From positions 3,936,001 to 4,000,000 of the forward strand of contig OZ251518.1 of assembly GCA_965242965.1 (NCBI GenBank): DNA of 64,000 nucleotides. Direction: 5' to 3'. This document shows, in pieces, positions 39,598 to 49,559 of this stretch. The notes below the pieces were generated by a model. That model saw only the letters and a program-made list of their open reading frames with translations, did not search any database and had not been told where the DNA came from. This DNA comes from Candidatus Poribacteria bacterium. Its GTDB lineage: Bacteria > Poribacteria > WGA-4E > WGA-3G. How positions within the stretch are numbered: position 1 is the stretch's first letter; each line of letters opens with the position of its first letter. Both the position numbers and the translations under genes were made by a program.

Positions 39598-40626
39598 CTA
39601 ACGGAAGGGCATTGCGTAAAGTAGGCCGCCCTGCGTCCACGGTTTATTGATACCGCGCGGTAAGCCGATGGGGGTGAGGTGCCGTTCAAAAATTTCGCCG
39701 TAATTGCCGACGGCGGCGATAATCTGCGGTGCCCACGTTTTAGAGAGTCCCAGTTTCTCACCTAAATCCCCGCTCTTGCCTAAGAAACGTTGGATTTCCG
39801 GGTTATCCGATTTGAAGTCAGCCACGTTAGTTTGTGTGATACCGTGTTCCTCGGCGAAAAAGGTGGCGTAAACCACCCAACTGACGACATCGTTCCATTT
39901 GTTATCGCCGTGGATAGTGAGCGGACCCAGCGGTTCTTTCGAGACAGTCTCCTCAAGGATGACATGCGCACCCGGGTCTTTGAACGCTTGCCGCCGGGCG
40001 ACGAGTTGCGATTTGTCGCTTGTGACAACATCACAACGTCCTTCAAGGTAGCTGCCGTAGAGCGTATCGTTCTCTTCAAAGACGACGGCGTTAAAATCGA
40101 TGCCCAGCGAACGCATCGTATCTGCCAGATTGAGCTCTGTCGTGCTACCGGACAGCACGCCGATGCTTGCCCCGGCGAGTTCTGCTATCGTCGTAATGCC
40201 GAGTTCCTTAGGGAGCATGAACCCTTGTCCATCATAGAACGTCGGCGGTGCGAAGTCTGTGCTGACATCGGTGTCGCGTGTCAGCGTCCACGTCGTGTTT
40301 CGGATGAGGACATCTATCTCGCCTGTCTGCAGGGCGGTGAACCGTTCGGCGGCTTTTAAGGGGACGAACCGCACCTTGCTTCCGTCACCGAGGACAGCGG
40401 CGGCAATGGCGCGCCCGAAATCGACATCAAAGCCGTGCCATGTGCCATCTTGTTCAGGGTAACTGAAGCCGGGCAATCCGGCGTTCACGCCACAGACGAG
40501 CACGCCGCGTTCTTTGACTTTGTCCAGCACACTGCCCTCGGCGTTAGCGAGCAGTGGCATCCCGAGTAATAGCGCGAAGAGCGCAATAAATACGCAACAT
40601 TTAATAGTAGAGTTGTTGATATGCAT
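39598..40626 (-). CDS. aapJ: General L-amino acid ABC transporter substrate-binding protein
   Basis: Signal peptide; LVCGVNAGLPGF, GFDVDFGRA, RNTTWT, FYDGQGF, SKEPLGP, VGNYGEIFER. Confidence 0.94.
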   Translation of the reverse strand: MHINNSTIKCCVFIALFALLLGMPLLANAEGSVLDKVKERGVLVCGVNAGLPGFSYPEQDGTWHGFDVDFGRAIAAAVLGDGSKVRFVPLKAAERFTALQTGEIDVLIRNTTWTLTRDTDVSTDFAPPTFYDGQGFMLPKELGITTIAELAGASIGVLSGSTTELNLADTMRSLGIDFNAVVFEENDTLYGSYLEGRCDVVTSDKSQLVARRQAFKDPGAHVILEETVSKEPLGPLTIHGDNKWNDVVSWVVYATFFAEEHGITQTNVADFKSDNPEIQRFLGKSGDLGEKLGLSKTWAPQIIAAVGNYGEIFERHLTPIGLPRGINKPWTQGGLLYAMPFR

Positions 40627-40695
40627 GAAATTTCTCCTATCAATAAGTGCAGTTTGAAGGGACTGCGGTTTAGAATTGTGGTTATCTTAAGAGCA

Positions 40696-40798
40696 ATTAT
40701 AGCACGTTTTTGTTTTTTTTAGCAAGAAAAAAGAGGAAGCCAGGGTTTTCTGCCGATTAAAAACAACATTTGACATATTTTCTAAATGCTGCTATCAT
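40696..40798. promoter_or_regulatory. Divergent sigma70-type promoters
   Basis: Minus strand: TTGCTA-18-TATAAT (40725-40696). Plus strand: TTGACA-17-TATCAT (40770-40798). Confidence 0.55.
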
Positions 40799-40830
40799 AT
40801 CTTCAACACCCCTTTTTGGAGGAAAAACCG

Positions 40831-42096
40831 ATGAAAAAGTTCATCATCGCAGAGATTTGCGTCATTGTCGCGCTCGCCGGCGGGTTCTGGCTCGGGCGCG
40901 CCACAAGCACCGATAACAGTTACGCGCACTACTACAGCAACGCAGACAAAGCCTGGGTGGAAGTCCAAAAAATGGACAATCCCCCACTCGATCTTGACGA
41001 ACCGGATAAAAACCGCTTGAGCAAAGTCCGAGCGGGTTACCGGAAAGTGTTTGATAACTACCCCGACAGCCTTTGGGCGGACGATGCCATTTATCAGCTC
41101 GCCTCTCGTCTCCCGCGCACCGATGAAGAGGCGTTCGCGCTGTTCCGACGATTGATTAACAATTACCCCGACAGCGAGTGGGCGGACGATTCGATGTTCG
41201 CCATCGCTTTCGCTTCTTACCAAATCGCGGGGGAACTCAAGCAGACCGGAACGTTGGAATCGATTGATGCCTACTACGACAGGGCTATCGCGCTTTTCAA
41301 GCAATTAATCGATACCTACCCCGGCAGTGTCCTCGTGGCGCAATCGCGGTTTAATATCGCAATGTGCTATTACAGCCGGGACGATTTTGACCTGGCGTTG
41401 GCGCATTTTGAAGAACTCGGCGAGACATTCCGTGATAACGCACTGCTTTATCAGATTTTATACGTCACCGGCGAGATCTATTTCAAGCAACAGCTCTACG
41501 AAAAGGCGCGGGTTGAGTTTACAAACGTGGTTGACTCTGGCGACACGGAATTAGCACCCCTTGCCAGTTTCGGCATCGCGCAAACTTACCTCGCGGAGGG
41601 AGAATACGAGGAGGCCATCGCAGGTTACCAAAAGGTAATCGATCTTTATCCGGACGCGGTTGTCGGAAAGGATGCGCATTTCTACATCGGCTGGGCGTAT
41701 GAAAAACTTGGCAAATATGACGAGGCAATCGCGCAACTAGAATCCGCCATCGACCGGTATCCGCGCAACGAGAACGCCGCGAACTCGCAGATTTACATCG
41801 GGCAAATCGCTTACGCGAATAAGGATACTGCCCAAGCAATCGCGGCGTATCAGAAAGTGGCGGATAACGCGACTTACGATTACGACAACCGCCGCCAAGC
41901 CCAATACTGGGTTGGGAAAATCAACGAGGATATCAACGATATTGAGCAGGCGAGGGATGCCTATCAGAAGTTGCTTAAGGATTTCCCGGAGCCGCACAAA
42001 GAGGCGACGCATCCGTCAAACAATGTCAACGAGAATTACATCCAAAGTTTGCAAGCCAATCGCCTCAACGAAATTCCGGGTATGCTTGATAGATAG
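40831..42096 (+). CDS. Membrane-anchored TPR protein (BamD/CpoB-like repeats)
   Basis: RBS ggagg; N-terminal TM; repeated F..LI..YP.S.WADDA units. Confidence 0.85.
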   Translation: MKKFIIAEICVIVALAGGFWLGRATSTDNSYAHYYSNADKAWVEVQKMDNPPLDLDEPDKNRLSKVRAGYRKVFDNYPDSLWADDAIYQLASRLPRTDEEAFALFRRLINNYPDSEWADDSMFAIAFASYQIAGELKQTGTLESIDAYYDRAIALFKQLIDTYPGSVLVAQSRFNIAMCYYSRDDFDLALAHFEELGETFRDNALLYQILYVTGEIYFKQQLYEKARVEFTNVVDSGDTELAPLASFGIAQTYLAEGEYEEAIAGYQKVIDLYPDAVVGKDAHFYIGWAYEKLGKYDEAIAQLESAIDRYPRNENAANSQIYIGQIAYANKDTAQAIAAYQKVADNATYDYDNRRQAQYWVGKINEDINDIEQARDAYQKLLKDFPEPHKEATHPSNNVNENYIQSLQANRLNEIPGMLDR

Positions 42097-42149
42097 ACGC
42101 GGCGGGGCGCGCGCTTTCAAATCGCGTTGATGAAATTCTGGAAATAAAC

Positions 42150-42825
42150 GAGAGTGTTTCATTCCCGGTAGGAGAGACCTCCTGGTCTCGATTCTTCGGT
42201 AGGGCTTTTCTCCGCCCGTAGCGCGGGGGCCTGTCCCTCGCCATCGTTCGCGCGCCAGACCCTGTAGGTCAAGATCGCCTGATCTTGACCCGTTTGTGAT
42301 CAGGCGATCACAAACTACAGAAAGGGGAGAACGAAAAAACGTCTCTGATTCTCTTCAGGTCCGTAGGACCTGAATGTCTATAGCCCGCGCGCCCGCGAAG
42401 AACGCTAAGGTCCTTTAGGTCCTTAATATGCTTTGCCATGTCTGCGTGTTTTTTATTAAGGACCTAAAGGACCTTGGAAACGTGCCGTCACGTTTTTCTA
42501 TAGACATGTAGGACCTAAAGGACCTAAAACGCCACCGCTTGACAATGGACAACGCGGGGGCCTGTCCCCCGCGCTACGAAAAAAAACGCCGTCCTCACCG
42601 TAGGGCGAGGGCCTGTCCCTCGCCATCGTTCGTGCGCCAGACCCTGTAGTTCAGGATCGCCTGATCCTGACCCGTTTGTGATCAGGCGATCACAAACTAC
42701 AGTGGGGGAAACACACATCGTGACGATGGAGCTCGCGGGGGCCTGTCCCCCGCGCTACGGGCACATCGAGACCAGGAGGTCTCTCCTACGGGGAGGTTGC
42801 ATCGAGACCGGGAGGTCTCTCCTAC
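42150..42825. repeat. REP cluster including a ~170-bp AGGTCC/GGACCT palindromic element
   Basis: Degenerate terminal motif at 42150-42163; REP doublets at 42263 and 42643; family F element 42355-42527. Confidence 0.85.
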
Positions 42826-42844
42826 CTCGCCAAGCGGCAGCCGC

Positions 42845-44047
42845 TCAATGCACGGCGAAAGACGAAAATGCTTGTCCCAGGTCAGCGATGATATCCTCGG
42901 CATCCTCTAAGCCAACCGAAATTCGGACGAGGCCGTCTGTAACCCCGGTCTGCCGCCGAATTTCGGCTGGCACGAGCGCGTGCGTTGTGGAGGCAGGGTG
43001 GCAGATTAAAGTGCGGACATCGCCGAGACTGACTGCCAGCGAGCAGACCTGGAGTTGATTAACGAGTTGTTCACCGGCACTTCGCCCACCTTTGAGTTCC
43101 AAGGTTATCATCCCGCCGAATCCATCCATCTGCCGTTTAGCGAGTTCGTGTTGCGGATGACTGCGTAAACCAGGGTAGCGCGCCCAGGCGACAGCAGGAT
43201 GCGTTTCCAAAAACTCGGCGATGCGCAACGCGTTCTCGCAGTGACGCGCCCATCGGAGCGGCAAGGTGGCTATTCCGTGGAGTGTTAACCACGCGTTGAA
43301 GGGACTGATAACCGCGCCGAAGTTACGCAACGCGCCTGTCTTTGCCTGTTCAATGAACTGCTTTTTGCCGACAATCGCACCGGCGATGACTGCGCCGTTA
43401 CCGCTCAGATATTTCGTTATGCTGTGTAGCACCACGTCAATGCCGAGTGTAATGGGTTGCTGTCCGCACGGCGTGGCGAACGTGTTGTCAATCATCGTGA
43501 GTGCGCCGTGCGCTTGGGCGATTTCGGCGCATGCCCCGAGGTCTACTAGTTTGAGCAGCGGGTTTGTGGGGCTTTCAAGGTAGATAACCTTTGTGTCCGG
43601 TCGGAGTGCGCGTTCAATTGCGTGCACATCGGTGGCATCGACGAAGGTTGTCTCAATGCCGAGCCGCGGCAAATCTTCGTTGAGGAGATGGTGCGTTGCT
43701 GAGTAGAGCGTCTCCATAGCGACGACATGGCCGCCATCGGGTAGAGCCGTGAGGAGCGCGGTGCTGACAGCACCCATTCCCGATGCAGTTGCGAGTGCCG
43801 CTTCGCCGCCCTCTAAAACCGCGAGTTTCTGTTCCAAGATGTGCTGTGTCGGATTGCCCCAGCGGGTATAGACGTAGCCGCTTTCTTCGTTGGCAAATGC
43901 TTCGGCGCATTCTTCCGCCGATGTGAAGCGGAAGGTGCTGTTTTGATAGATGGGTGGCAGCAAAGGCGTGCCGCTTTTTTCGTTCTGGCGCGCAAGCGAG
44001 TCTTCGCCTGCATGTATGGCTTGGGTGGCTTTTCCGTATTTTTTCAT
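42845..44047 (-). CDS. Cys/Met metabolism PLP enzyme (methionine gamma-lyase / cystathionine gamma-synthase family)
   Basis: PPIYQNSTF, YTRWGNPT, ASGMGA, ESPTNP, DNTFATP, HSITKYLSG, AVSLGDV, RISVGLED. Confidence 0.93.
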   Translation of the reverse strand: MKKYGKATQAIHAGEDSLARQNEKSGTPLLPPIYQNSTFRFTSAEECAEAFANEESGYVYTRWGNPTQHILEQKLAVLEGGEAALATASGMGAVSTALLTALPDGGHVVAMETLYSATHHLLNEDLPRLGIETTFVDATDVHAIERALRPDTKVIYLESPTNPLLKLVDLGACAEIAQAHGALTMIDNTFATPCGQQPITLGIDVVLHSITKYLSGNGAVIAGAIVGKKQFIEQAKTGALRNFGAVISPFNAWLTLHGIATLPLRWARHCENALRIAEFLETHPAVAWARYPGLRSHPQHELAKRQMDGFGGMITLELKGGRSAGEQLVNQLQVCSLAVSLGDVRTLICHPASTTHALVPAEIRRQTGVTDGLVRISVGLEDAEDIIADLGQAFSSFAVH

Positions 44048-44076
44048 TTTTTTGTCCTATTTTGATAGAGTTATCT

Positions 44077-44390
44077 GTGGGTGTTTCATATTTCGATGCG
44101 TTCGGTAGGCGAGCCCTCCGAGTCTTGATTTTTTCCCGTAGCGCGGGGACCTGTCCCCCGCGAGTGCCATCGTCACGATGTGTGTTTCCCCCACTGTAGT
44201 TTGTGATCGCCTGATCACAAACGGGTCAGGATCAGGCGATCCTGACCTACAGGGTCTGGCGCGCGGACGATGGCGAGGGACAGGCCCTCGCCCTACGGTG
44301 AAGTGCCGTTTTTTATCGTAGCGCGGGGGCCTGTCCCCCGCGAGCGTTGGAGTGCGCGGACGATATCAAGACCAGGGGGGCTCTCCTACT
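44077..44390. repeat. REP cluster
   Basis: GTGGGTGTTTCATA end motif; REP doublet and singlets; largely an inverted copy of 42600-42750. Confidence 0.85.
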
Positions 44391-44958
44391 TCAACGTTTC
44401 AACGGGATAGCCTTCGAGTTCCAACAACAGACGTTTCTGCCGGACCCCGCCGCCATACCCACCCAATCTGCCATCGCTGCGGATGACGCGATGGCAAGGA
44501 ATGATTATGGAGATGGGATTCGCGCCGACTGCGCCGCCAACGGCACGCACCGCTTTCGGGCTGCCGATTTGCTCGGCGAGCCACTTGTAAGAGCGCGTCT
44601 CACCGAAAGGAATCTCCCGGATGGCGTTCCATACCGCTCTCTGAAACCCGGTTCCTCTGCTGAACTTGAGCGGTGCCTGCGAAAAATCGACTGTTTTCCC
44701 CGCAAAATAGTTTGTGAGGATATCATACGCGTAACTCAACAGCGGCTCATCCGGAATATCGGGCATGCTGGGCGGCGAGGCGTGGTGGTAGTCAATCCGC
44801 GAAATGCCGGCACCTTCGCAGACAACCCGGAGCCACCCGATAGGCGAATTAAAGTAGAAACTCCGGGTGCCAAGCGCATCGTGTATGCCTGAGGGCACTG
44901 GAGGATTCCCTTCGGAGCGTGCATTCTCCAGGAAATCCCATATCTGTTTTGCATTCAT
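44386..44958 (-). CDS. ogt: Methylated-DNA-[protein]-cysteine S-methyltransferase
   Basis: GTGFQRAVW, IPFGETRSY, RAVGGA, IIIPCHRV, GGYGGG. Confidence 0.95.
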   Translation of the reverse strand: MNAKQIWDFLENARSEGNPPVPSGIHDALGTRSFYFNSPIGWLRVVCEGAGISRIDYHHASPPSMPDIPDEPLLSYAYDILTNYFAGKTVDFSQAPLKFSRGTGFQRAVWNAIREIPFGETRSYKWLAEQIGSPKAVRAVGGAVGANPISIIIPCHRVIRSDGRLGGYGGGVRQKRLLLELEGYPVETLK

Positions 44959-44997
44959 TGCTTGTCCTTTTTTGGCTGGCATGCTATACTGCACACC

Positions 44998-45378
44998 ATG
45001 ATGCAATTTGAAACACCGCAACAACTCTATACCGAACTCGGCGGGCTGTTTGAACGTATCGTCGCAGAACCGGAAGTCCAAGAAGCCCTAAAATCCTTGC
45101 GGCTGTGCGTTCGGTTTCACTACACCGAGCCGGATGCTACGATGACGTTATCCGCCGCGGACGGAAAATACACCATCGTCTGCGGGCATTGCGATGCGAT
45201 TCCCGATGTTGCGCTCACAATGACAGGCGATGTCGCGCACCGTTTCTGGATGGGCGAGCTCAATGTCATGGAAGCGATTACCAAGCGGGACATCGGCGTG
45301 GACGGTTCGCTGGGGAAAATTATGCGGCTTACGCCGCTGATTAAGTCGGCGATTCGCTATAACCGCGAGCACGCATGA
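44998..45378 (+). CDS. SCP2 sterol-binding domain protein
   Basis: RFHYTEPD, PDVALTM..DVAHRFW.G.LNV..AI....I.V.G. Confidence 0.8.
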   Translation: MMQFETPQQLYTELGGLFERIVAEPEVQEALKSLRLCVRFHYTEPDATMTLSAADGKYTIVCGHCDAIPDVALTMTGDVAHRFWMGELNVMEAITKRDIGVDGSLGKIMRLTPLIKSAIRYNREHA

Positions 45379-45511
45379 ACTTTCCGCGCGGCTTGCGCGA
45401 GACAGGTCCGCGCACTACGTTTTTTCAAGACAAGTTTTTCGCTTGCAATTTTTCACGCGAAATGGTATCATCTTGCCATCGTGCAACTCCACTTGCCCGA
45501 AGGAGGTAATT

Positions 45512-46288
45512 ATGACAGAAACAATTGAACCTTCCGTGACGCAACTCCGTGAAGAAGGCTGGTGCGTGTTAGAGAACGTTATCCCCGCCGATGCGGTGGA
45601 TGCGGTTCGCGAAGAGGTTGAAACCTCCGAGTCGGACTACAATCAATTCTCGAAAGCGCACGGCCGCTGGGCGCGCAACGTTGTCAGTTTTATACCGCGT
45701 TTCGCGGCGCATTTGGCAAATGAACGGCTCCTCGCGGTTATCCGAGAAGTATTGGGTGCGCAAGTCCGCATTTCTCAAACGGAGTATAAGATTCGGCCGC
45801 CGCACTATGAATTAGTGCGCGCGTATCACTCCGATTTCCCGTATGATCTGAACCAGAAGTGGCACATCCCGCAGCCTTTCCCGAACGCTGTCATCGGCAT
45901 TACGACGCTCTGGATGCTCTCCGAATTTACGACAGAGAACGGCGGCACATGGATAGTGCCGAAAACGCATGTCGATCTTCGGAATCCGCGCGGCAAGGCA
46001 GATGGCATCGGCGACAAAAACCCGCTCGCTGGCGAATTGCAAGCCACCGGGAGTGCCGGCAGTGTGCTCGTCATGGACAGCCGCATTTGGCATTCCAACG
46101 CCGAGAATCCGAGCCCTGGCAAACGCACGGCAGTCGTCGTCCGATACGCGCCGTGGTGGCTGAATTTGGAGCTCTTCGGTGTCAATACCGCGACTATTCC
46201 CGGCGAAACGTTTGATGGCCTGCCTGACGATGTCAAGTTGCTTTATGAACACCGCGCGGAGAATAGAGAACCTACCCTCTGGGTTTAA
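45512..46288 (+). CDS. Phytanoyl-CoA dioxygenase (PhyH) family 2OG-Fe(II) enzyme
   Basis: EEGWCVLENVI, YHSD (HxD), ENGGTWIVP, AGSVLVMDSRIWH, R. Confidence 0.9.
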   Translation: MTETIEPSVTQLREEGWCVLENVIPADAVDAVREEVETSESDYNQFSKAHGRWARNVVSFIPRFAAHLANERLLAVIREVLGAQVRISQTEYKIRPPHYELVRAYHSDFPYDLNQKWHIPQPFPNAVIGITTLWMLSEFTTENGGTWIVPKTHVDLRNPRGKADGIGDKNPLAGELQATGSAGSVLVMDSRIWHSNAENPSPGKRTAVVVRYAPWWLNLELFGVNTATIPGETFDGLPDDVKLLYEHRAENREPTLWV

Positions 46289-46359
46289 CGAACCGCTAGG
46301 CGTGCTTTGCAGGCGCGTCTGCGTAGAAGGGACATCGCTGTCCCGAAAGGAGAATTCTC

Positions 46360-46788
46360 ATGTCGACTACACTTGTCCACATTGGCGTGCGCACGACGGA
46401 TTTGGAAAAGAGCATCCGTTTCTGGCGTGATGCACTCGGTTTGCGCGTTTTCTCAACGATGAATGGATGCTATGACCTAACCGATGGCTATCATAACTTC
46501 CGTGTTTTCCAGCACCGTGGCCCGGCGCGTCCGAAGCACGTCGGCGGGATGCTGGACTATCTGCACATCGGTGTCCGTGTGCCGGATTTGAAGGCAGCGG
46601 CGCAGCGGTGCGAGAAACTCGGCTTCCAGATTACGTGGGAAGGCTTAGATGGCAGCAACCCCTACGATGCGAAGTCCGGCGAGCTTCCCTCCCAAGCCTT
46701 CAAAGTCGAGGACCCGGATGGCATCGTCGTTGACATTACGGAGCAAGATGAGCAGTGGCCCGGTGTCGCGCTCCAAAGCCGCGCGTAA
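46360..46788 (+). CDS. VOC / glyoxalase family protein
   Basis: HIGVRTTDLEKSIRFW...LG, HIGVRVPD, EDPDG. Confidence 0.88.
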   Translation: MSTTLVHIGVRTTDLEKSIRFWRDALGLRVFSTMNGCYDLTDGYHNFRVFQHRGPARPKHVGGMLDYLHIGVRVPDLKAAAQRCEKLGFQITWEGLDGSNPYDAKSGELPSQAFKVEDPDGIVVDITEQDEQWPGVALQSRA

Positions 46789-46795
46789 TCGAGAA

Positions 46796-47262
46796 CGTAG
46801 GGCGGGGGCCTGTCCCCCGCCGTGCTATCCGAATCGTGGTAGGCGAGACCTCCCGGTCTCGATGCACCACCCTATGCCTGTCCGCCGCCATGCTATCCGC
46901 GAGAACGTAGGGCGGGGGCCTGTCCCCCGCCGTGCTGTCAGCACACGTAGCTCCCTCTGTAGTTTGCGATCGCCTGATCGCAAACAGGTGCAGTCCGCAC
47001 CGTTTTATTGAACGTAGGGCGGGGGCCTGTCCCCCGCCGGGCGTTTGGCTGTCAAACCGCATCCCTTGTAGGGCAGGAGCACCTGCTCCTGACCCGTTCG
47101 GGATCAGGCGATCCCGAATTACAGAGGTGGGCCCGATCGGGAGGAATGCATCGAGACCGGGAGGTCTCGCCTACCGGCTCCCGAACTACAGAGGTGGGCC
47201 CGATGGCTTCTGGTATTCGTCCTTCCCGAAGGGGGAATAAATACCGAAACGGCGTTATGAAA
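46796..47262. repeat. REP cluster
   Basis: GTAGGGCGGGGGCCTGTCCCCCGCC x3 plus other families; partial TTATGAAAC end motif. Confidence 0.85.
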
Positions 47263-47955
47263 CTATTCATCGCCACCCAAGAGCCCGAGCCTGAGTAGAT
47301 AGTATACCAACGTGAGCAGACTCGTTACAGCGGCGGCGAGATAGGTGAGGAACGCGGCGTTCAGCACTTTACTAGCGTGCCGATTCTCTTCCGGTGAAAG
47401 CAGTCCAACTTCGTCCATCGCGACTTTAGCGCGTTTGCTGGCATCCCATTCAACGGGAAGCGTAATCAGCGAAAATACCACGCCGACGGTAAACAGCCCA
47501 ACGCCTAGCAACAGAAAGGGTTGGATGAAAAAGCCTATCATCATCAGGATATAGGCCGCCGTTGAGCTGAAGTTTGTCGCGGGGACGAGGGCAGTCCGGA
47601 GGCTCAGCATGCCGTAATTGCTTGCATCCTGAATTGCATGGCCTGCTTCGTGGCAGGCGACACCGATTGCGGATAGCGACTGACTTGAGTAAACATCTTC
47701 GGACAGGCGAAGGGCTTTGGGGCCCGGGTCATAGTGATCACTCAGCCATCCGCTTGTGCGTTCAATGCTGACACCGTGGATGCCGTTCCGTTGTAGCATC
47801 ATTGCGGCGGCTTGCGCCCCGGTCATCCCGCTTCGCGAGCCGACTTGCGAGTATTTTGAGAACGTCCGCTTCGTTTTGAATGTCGCATACAGGGATAATG
47901 CCAGCCCTGGCGCGAGGAAGACGAAATAGAGCGGGTCGAAAAAACCGAAAAACAT
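47263..47955 (-). CDS. Neutral zinc metallopeptidase (Zn_peptidase_2, YugP-like)
   Basis: LSDHYDP, VACHEAGHAIQ, ITLPVEWDASKRA, VLNAAFLTY. Confidence 0.92.
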   Translation of the reverse strand: MFFGFFDPLYFVFLAPGLALSLYATFKTKRTFSKYSQVGSRSGMTGAQAAAMMLQRNGIHGVSIERTSGWLSDHYDPGPKALRLSEDVYSSQSLSAIGVACHEAGHAIQDASNYGMLSLRTALVPATNFSSTAAYILMMIGFFIQPFLLLGVGLFTVGVVFSLITLPVEWDASKRAKVAMDEVGLLSPEENRHASKVLNAAFLTYLAAAVTSLLTLVYYLLRLGLLGGDE

Positions 47956-48239
47956 GAGGGATACCTCCTTGTTTATGTTTTTTTGCTAAGAACGTTTGTA
48001 TCTGTTCGTTTCAGCAATTATACCATATATCCGCGAGAAAATCAAATTATTTTTCAGTATCAAAGTTGAACTCGGTTTTTGGTGTGTGGTTGCTTTGCGA
48101 GGGACAGGCCCTCGCGCTACGGTATCGTGGCGGGTCATTTGGGGGTTGCACTCGTTTTTTTGCGCGTCGTTGCACTGCGAGGGACAGGCCCTCGCGCTAC
48201 GGTAGCGTGGGTCAAATTATTTTTCAGTCTCGGTTTCGT

Positions 48240-48268
48240 TTGACATGTTACGCCCGAGCTGGTAAACT
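48240..48268 (+). promoter_or_regulatory. sigma70-type promoter
   Basis: TTGACA-17 nt-TAAACT with extended TG. Confidence 0.6.
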
Positions 48269-48305
48269 GTGAAAAACGTCCTTATGGACGAGGAGAGTAA
48301 GCGAA

Positions 48306-49253
48306 ATGGCCATACCTAGTCGTCGAGAAATGAGATTGCCGCTGCTTCAACACATTGCTGATGGGCGCGAATATCTCTATTCTGAATTGAAAACCGCGTT
48401 AACACGGCACTTTTTGCTAACAGATGCCGATCAGCATGCGGTAAAGCCAAACGGGAAGAACAAGTTTAGCGCGCGCCTATCGACAATTTTGGGCACGCTA
48501 CGTGCGGAAGGGTTAGTGGCGTTCACACCGTCAAAGAGGGACGGCACTTATCGCATCACCGAACGCGGACGTTATGTTTTAAGCCAGTCGCCGGCGGCAA
48601 TCAATTCCGCTTTTTGGCGGCAGTTTAAGCTGCCCAGTGTTGACGCGATTATCCCCGTGCTCCTTCAGCACGTTGGAGATGGAAAGAGTCATCACTACCT
48701 CGCGTTGCGCGAAGCGGTGACGATGCACTTTTCAATTACACCGGCGCAACAGCGAGCTATCTTGCCGAGTTGGGGACTCAGGTGGAACCGCCGTTGGGGA
48801 GATGCCCGCAAAGCACTCATCCATGCGGATTTCGTGGATAACACCGAAGCCGGGCGTTACCAAATCACAGCCCTTGGATGGGAAGTCCTCCACAATCCAC
48901 CCCCGGTGATTGACACTGCTTTCTTAGCGACGTTTCAATTGCCTCAGGGTAAAATGGGGCCGATGCTCCTCCAGCATATCGCTGACAAGGCAAGCGCGCC
49001 TCGGCAGGTTGTGATAGATACGCTTGTCAACCGCCTCAGAACAGATGTCTATCCCAGCGGCGTGATGCCGTGGCGCAAGGCTTGCAACTGGGAAATGGCT
49101 CGGTTAGAAAGGAGCAAACTCGTAACGTCAACCGACGATGGGTTTTGTGAGATAACCGCGTTGGGAAAAGCGGCACTCATCTTAGAACCCGATGCGTTTC
49201 CGTGGATTTTCCCACAAAGGCTGAGAGAAGCGGCGGAGCTGCTTAGTTCGTAA
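48306..49253 (+). CDS. Protein of three tandem Mrr N-terminal winged-helix-like domains, no nuclease domain
   Basis: Three ~105-aa units: (P)LLQH(I/V)(A/G)D ... (Y/C)xIT(E/A)(R/L)G; MAIP start as in Mrr. Confidence 0.75.
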   Translation: MAIPSRREMRLPLLQHIADGREYLYSELKTALTRHFLLTDADQHAVKPNGKNKFSARLSTILGTLRAEGLVAFTPSKRDGTYRITERGRYVLSQSPAAINSAFWRQFKLPSVDAIIPVLLQHVGDGKSHHYLALREAVTMHFSITPAQQRAILPSWGLRWNRRWGDARKALIHADFVDNTEAGRYQITALGWEVLHNPPPVIDTAFLATFQLPQGKMGPMLLQHIADKASAPRQVVIDTLVNRLRTDVYPSGVMPWRKACNWEMARLERSKLVTSTDDGFCEITALGKAALILEPDAFPWIFPQRLREAAELLSS

Positions 49254-49316
49254 CCCGGTGGCATCCGGTTCGTCGTTGTTGAAGTTGCAATCGGTTTTTG
49301 GTGCGTTCGTTGCACT

Positions 49317-49520
49317 GCGAGGGACAGGCCCTCGCGCTACGGTATCGTGGCGGGTTATTTGAGGTGTTGCAATCGGTTTTTGGCGTGTGGTTGTTTTGCG
49401 AGGGCCTGTCCCTCGCGCCACGGGAACGAAAACCGTCATTTTCACCGTAGCGCGGGGGCCTGTCCCCCGCGACTGTCGGCGTGCCCGAACGATGGCGAGG
49501 GACAGGCCCTCGCGCTACGG
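49317..49520. repeat. REP cluster (related copy at 48097-48202 on the other side of the Mrr-N gene)
   Basis: gcgagggacaggccctcgcgctacggtatcgtggcgggt recurs at ~48097, ~49317 and ~49495. Confidence 0.8.
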
Positions 49521-49559
49521 TATCGTGGCGGGTTATTGGGGAAATGAGAGGCTAAAAAT

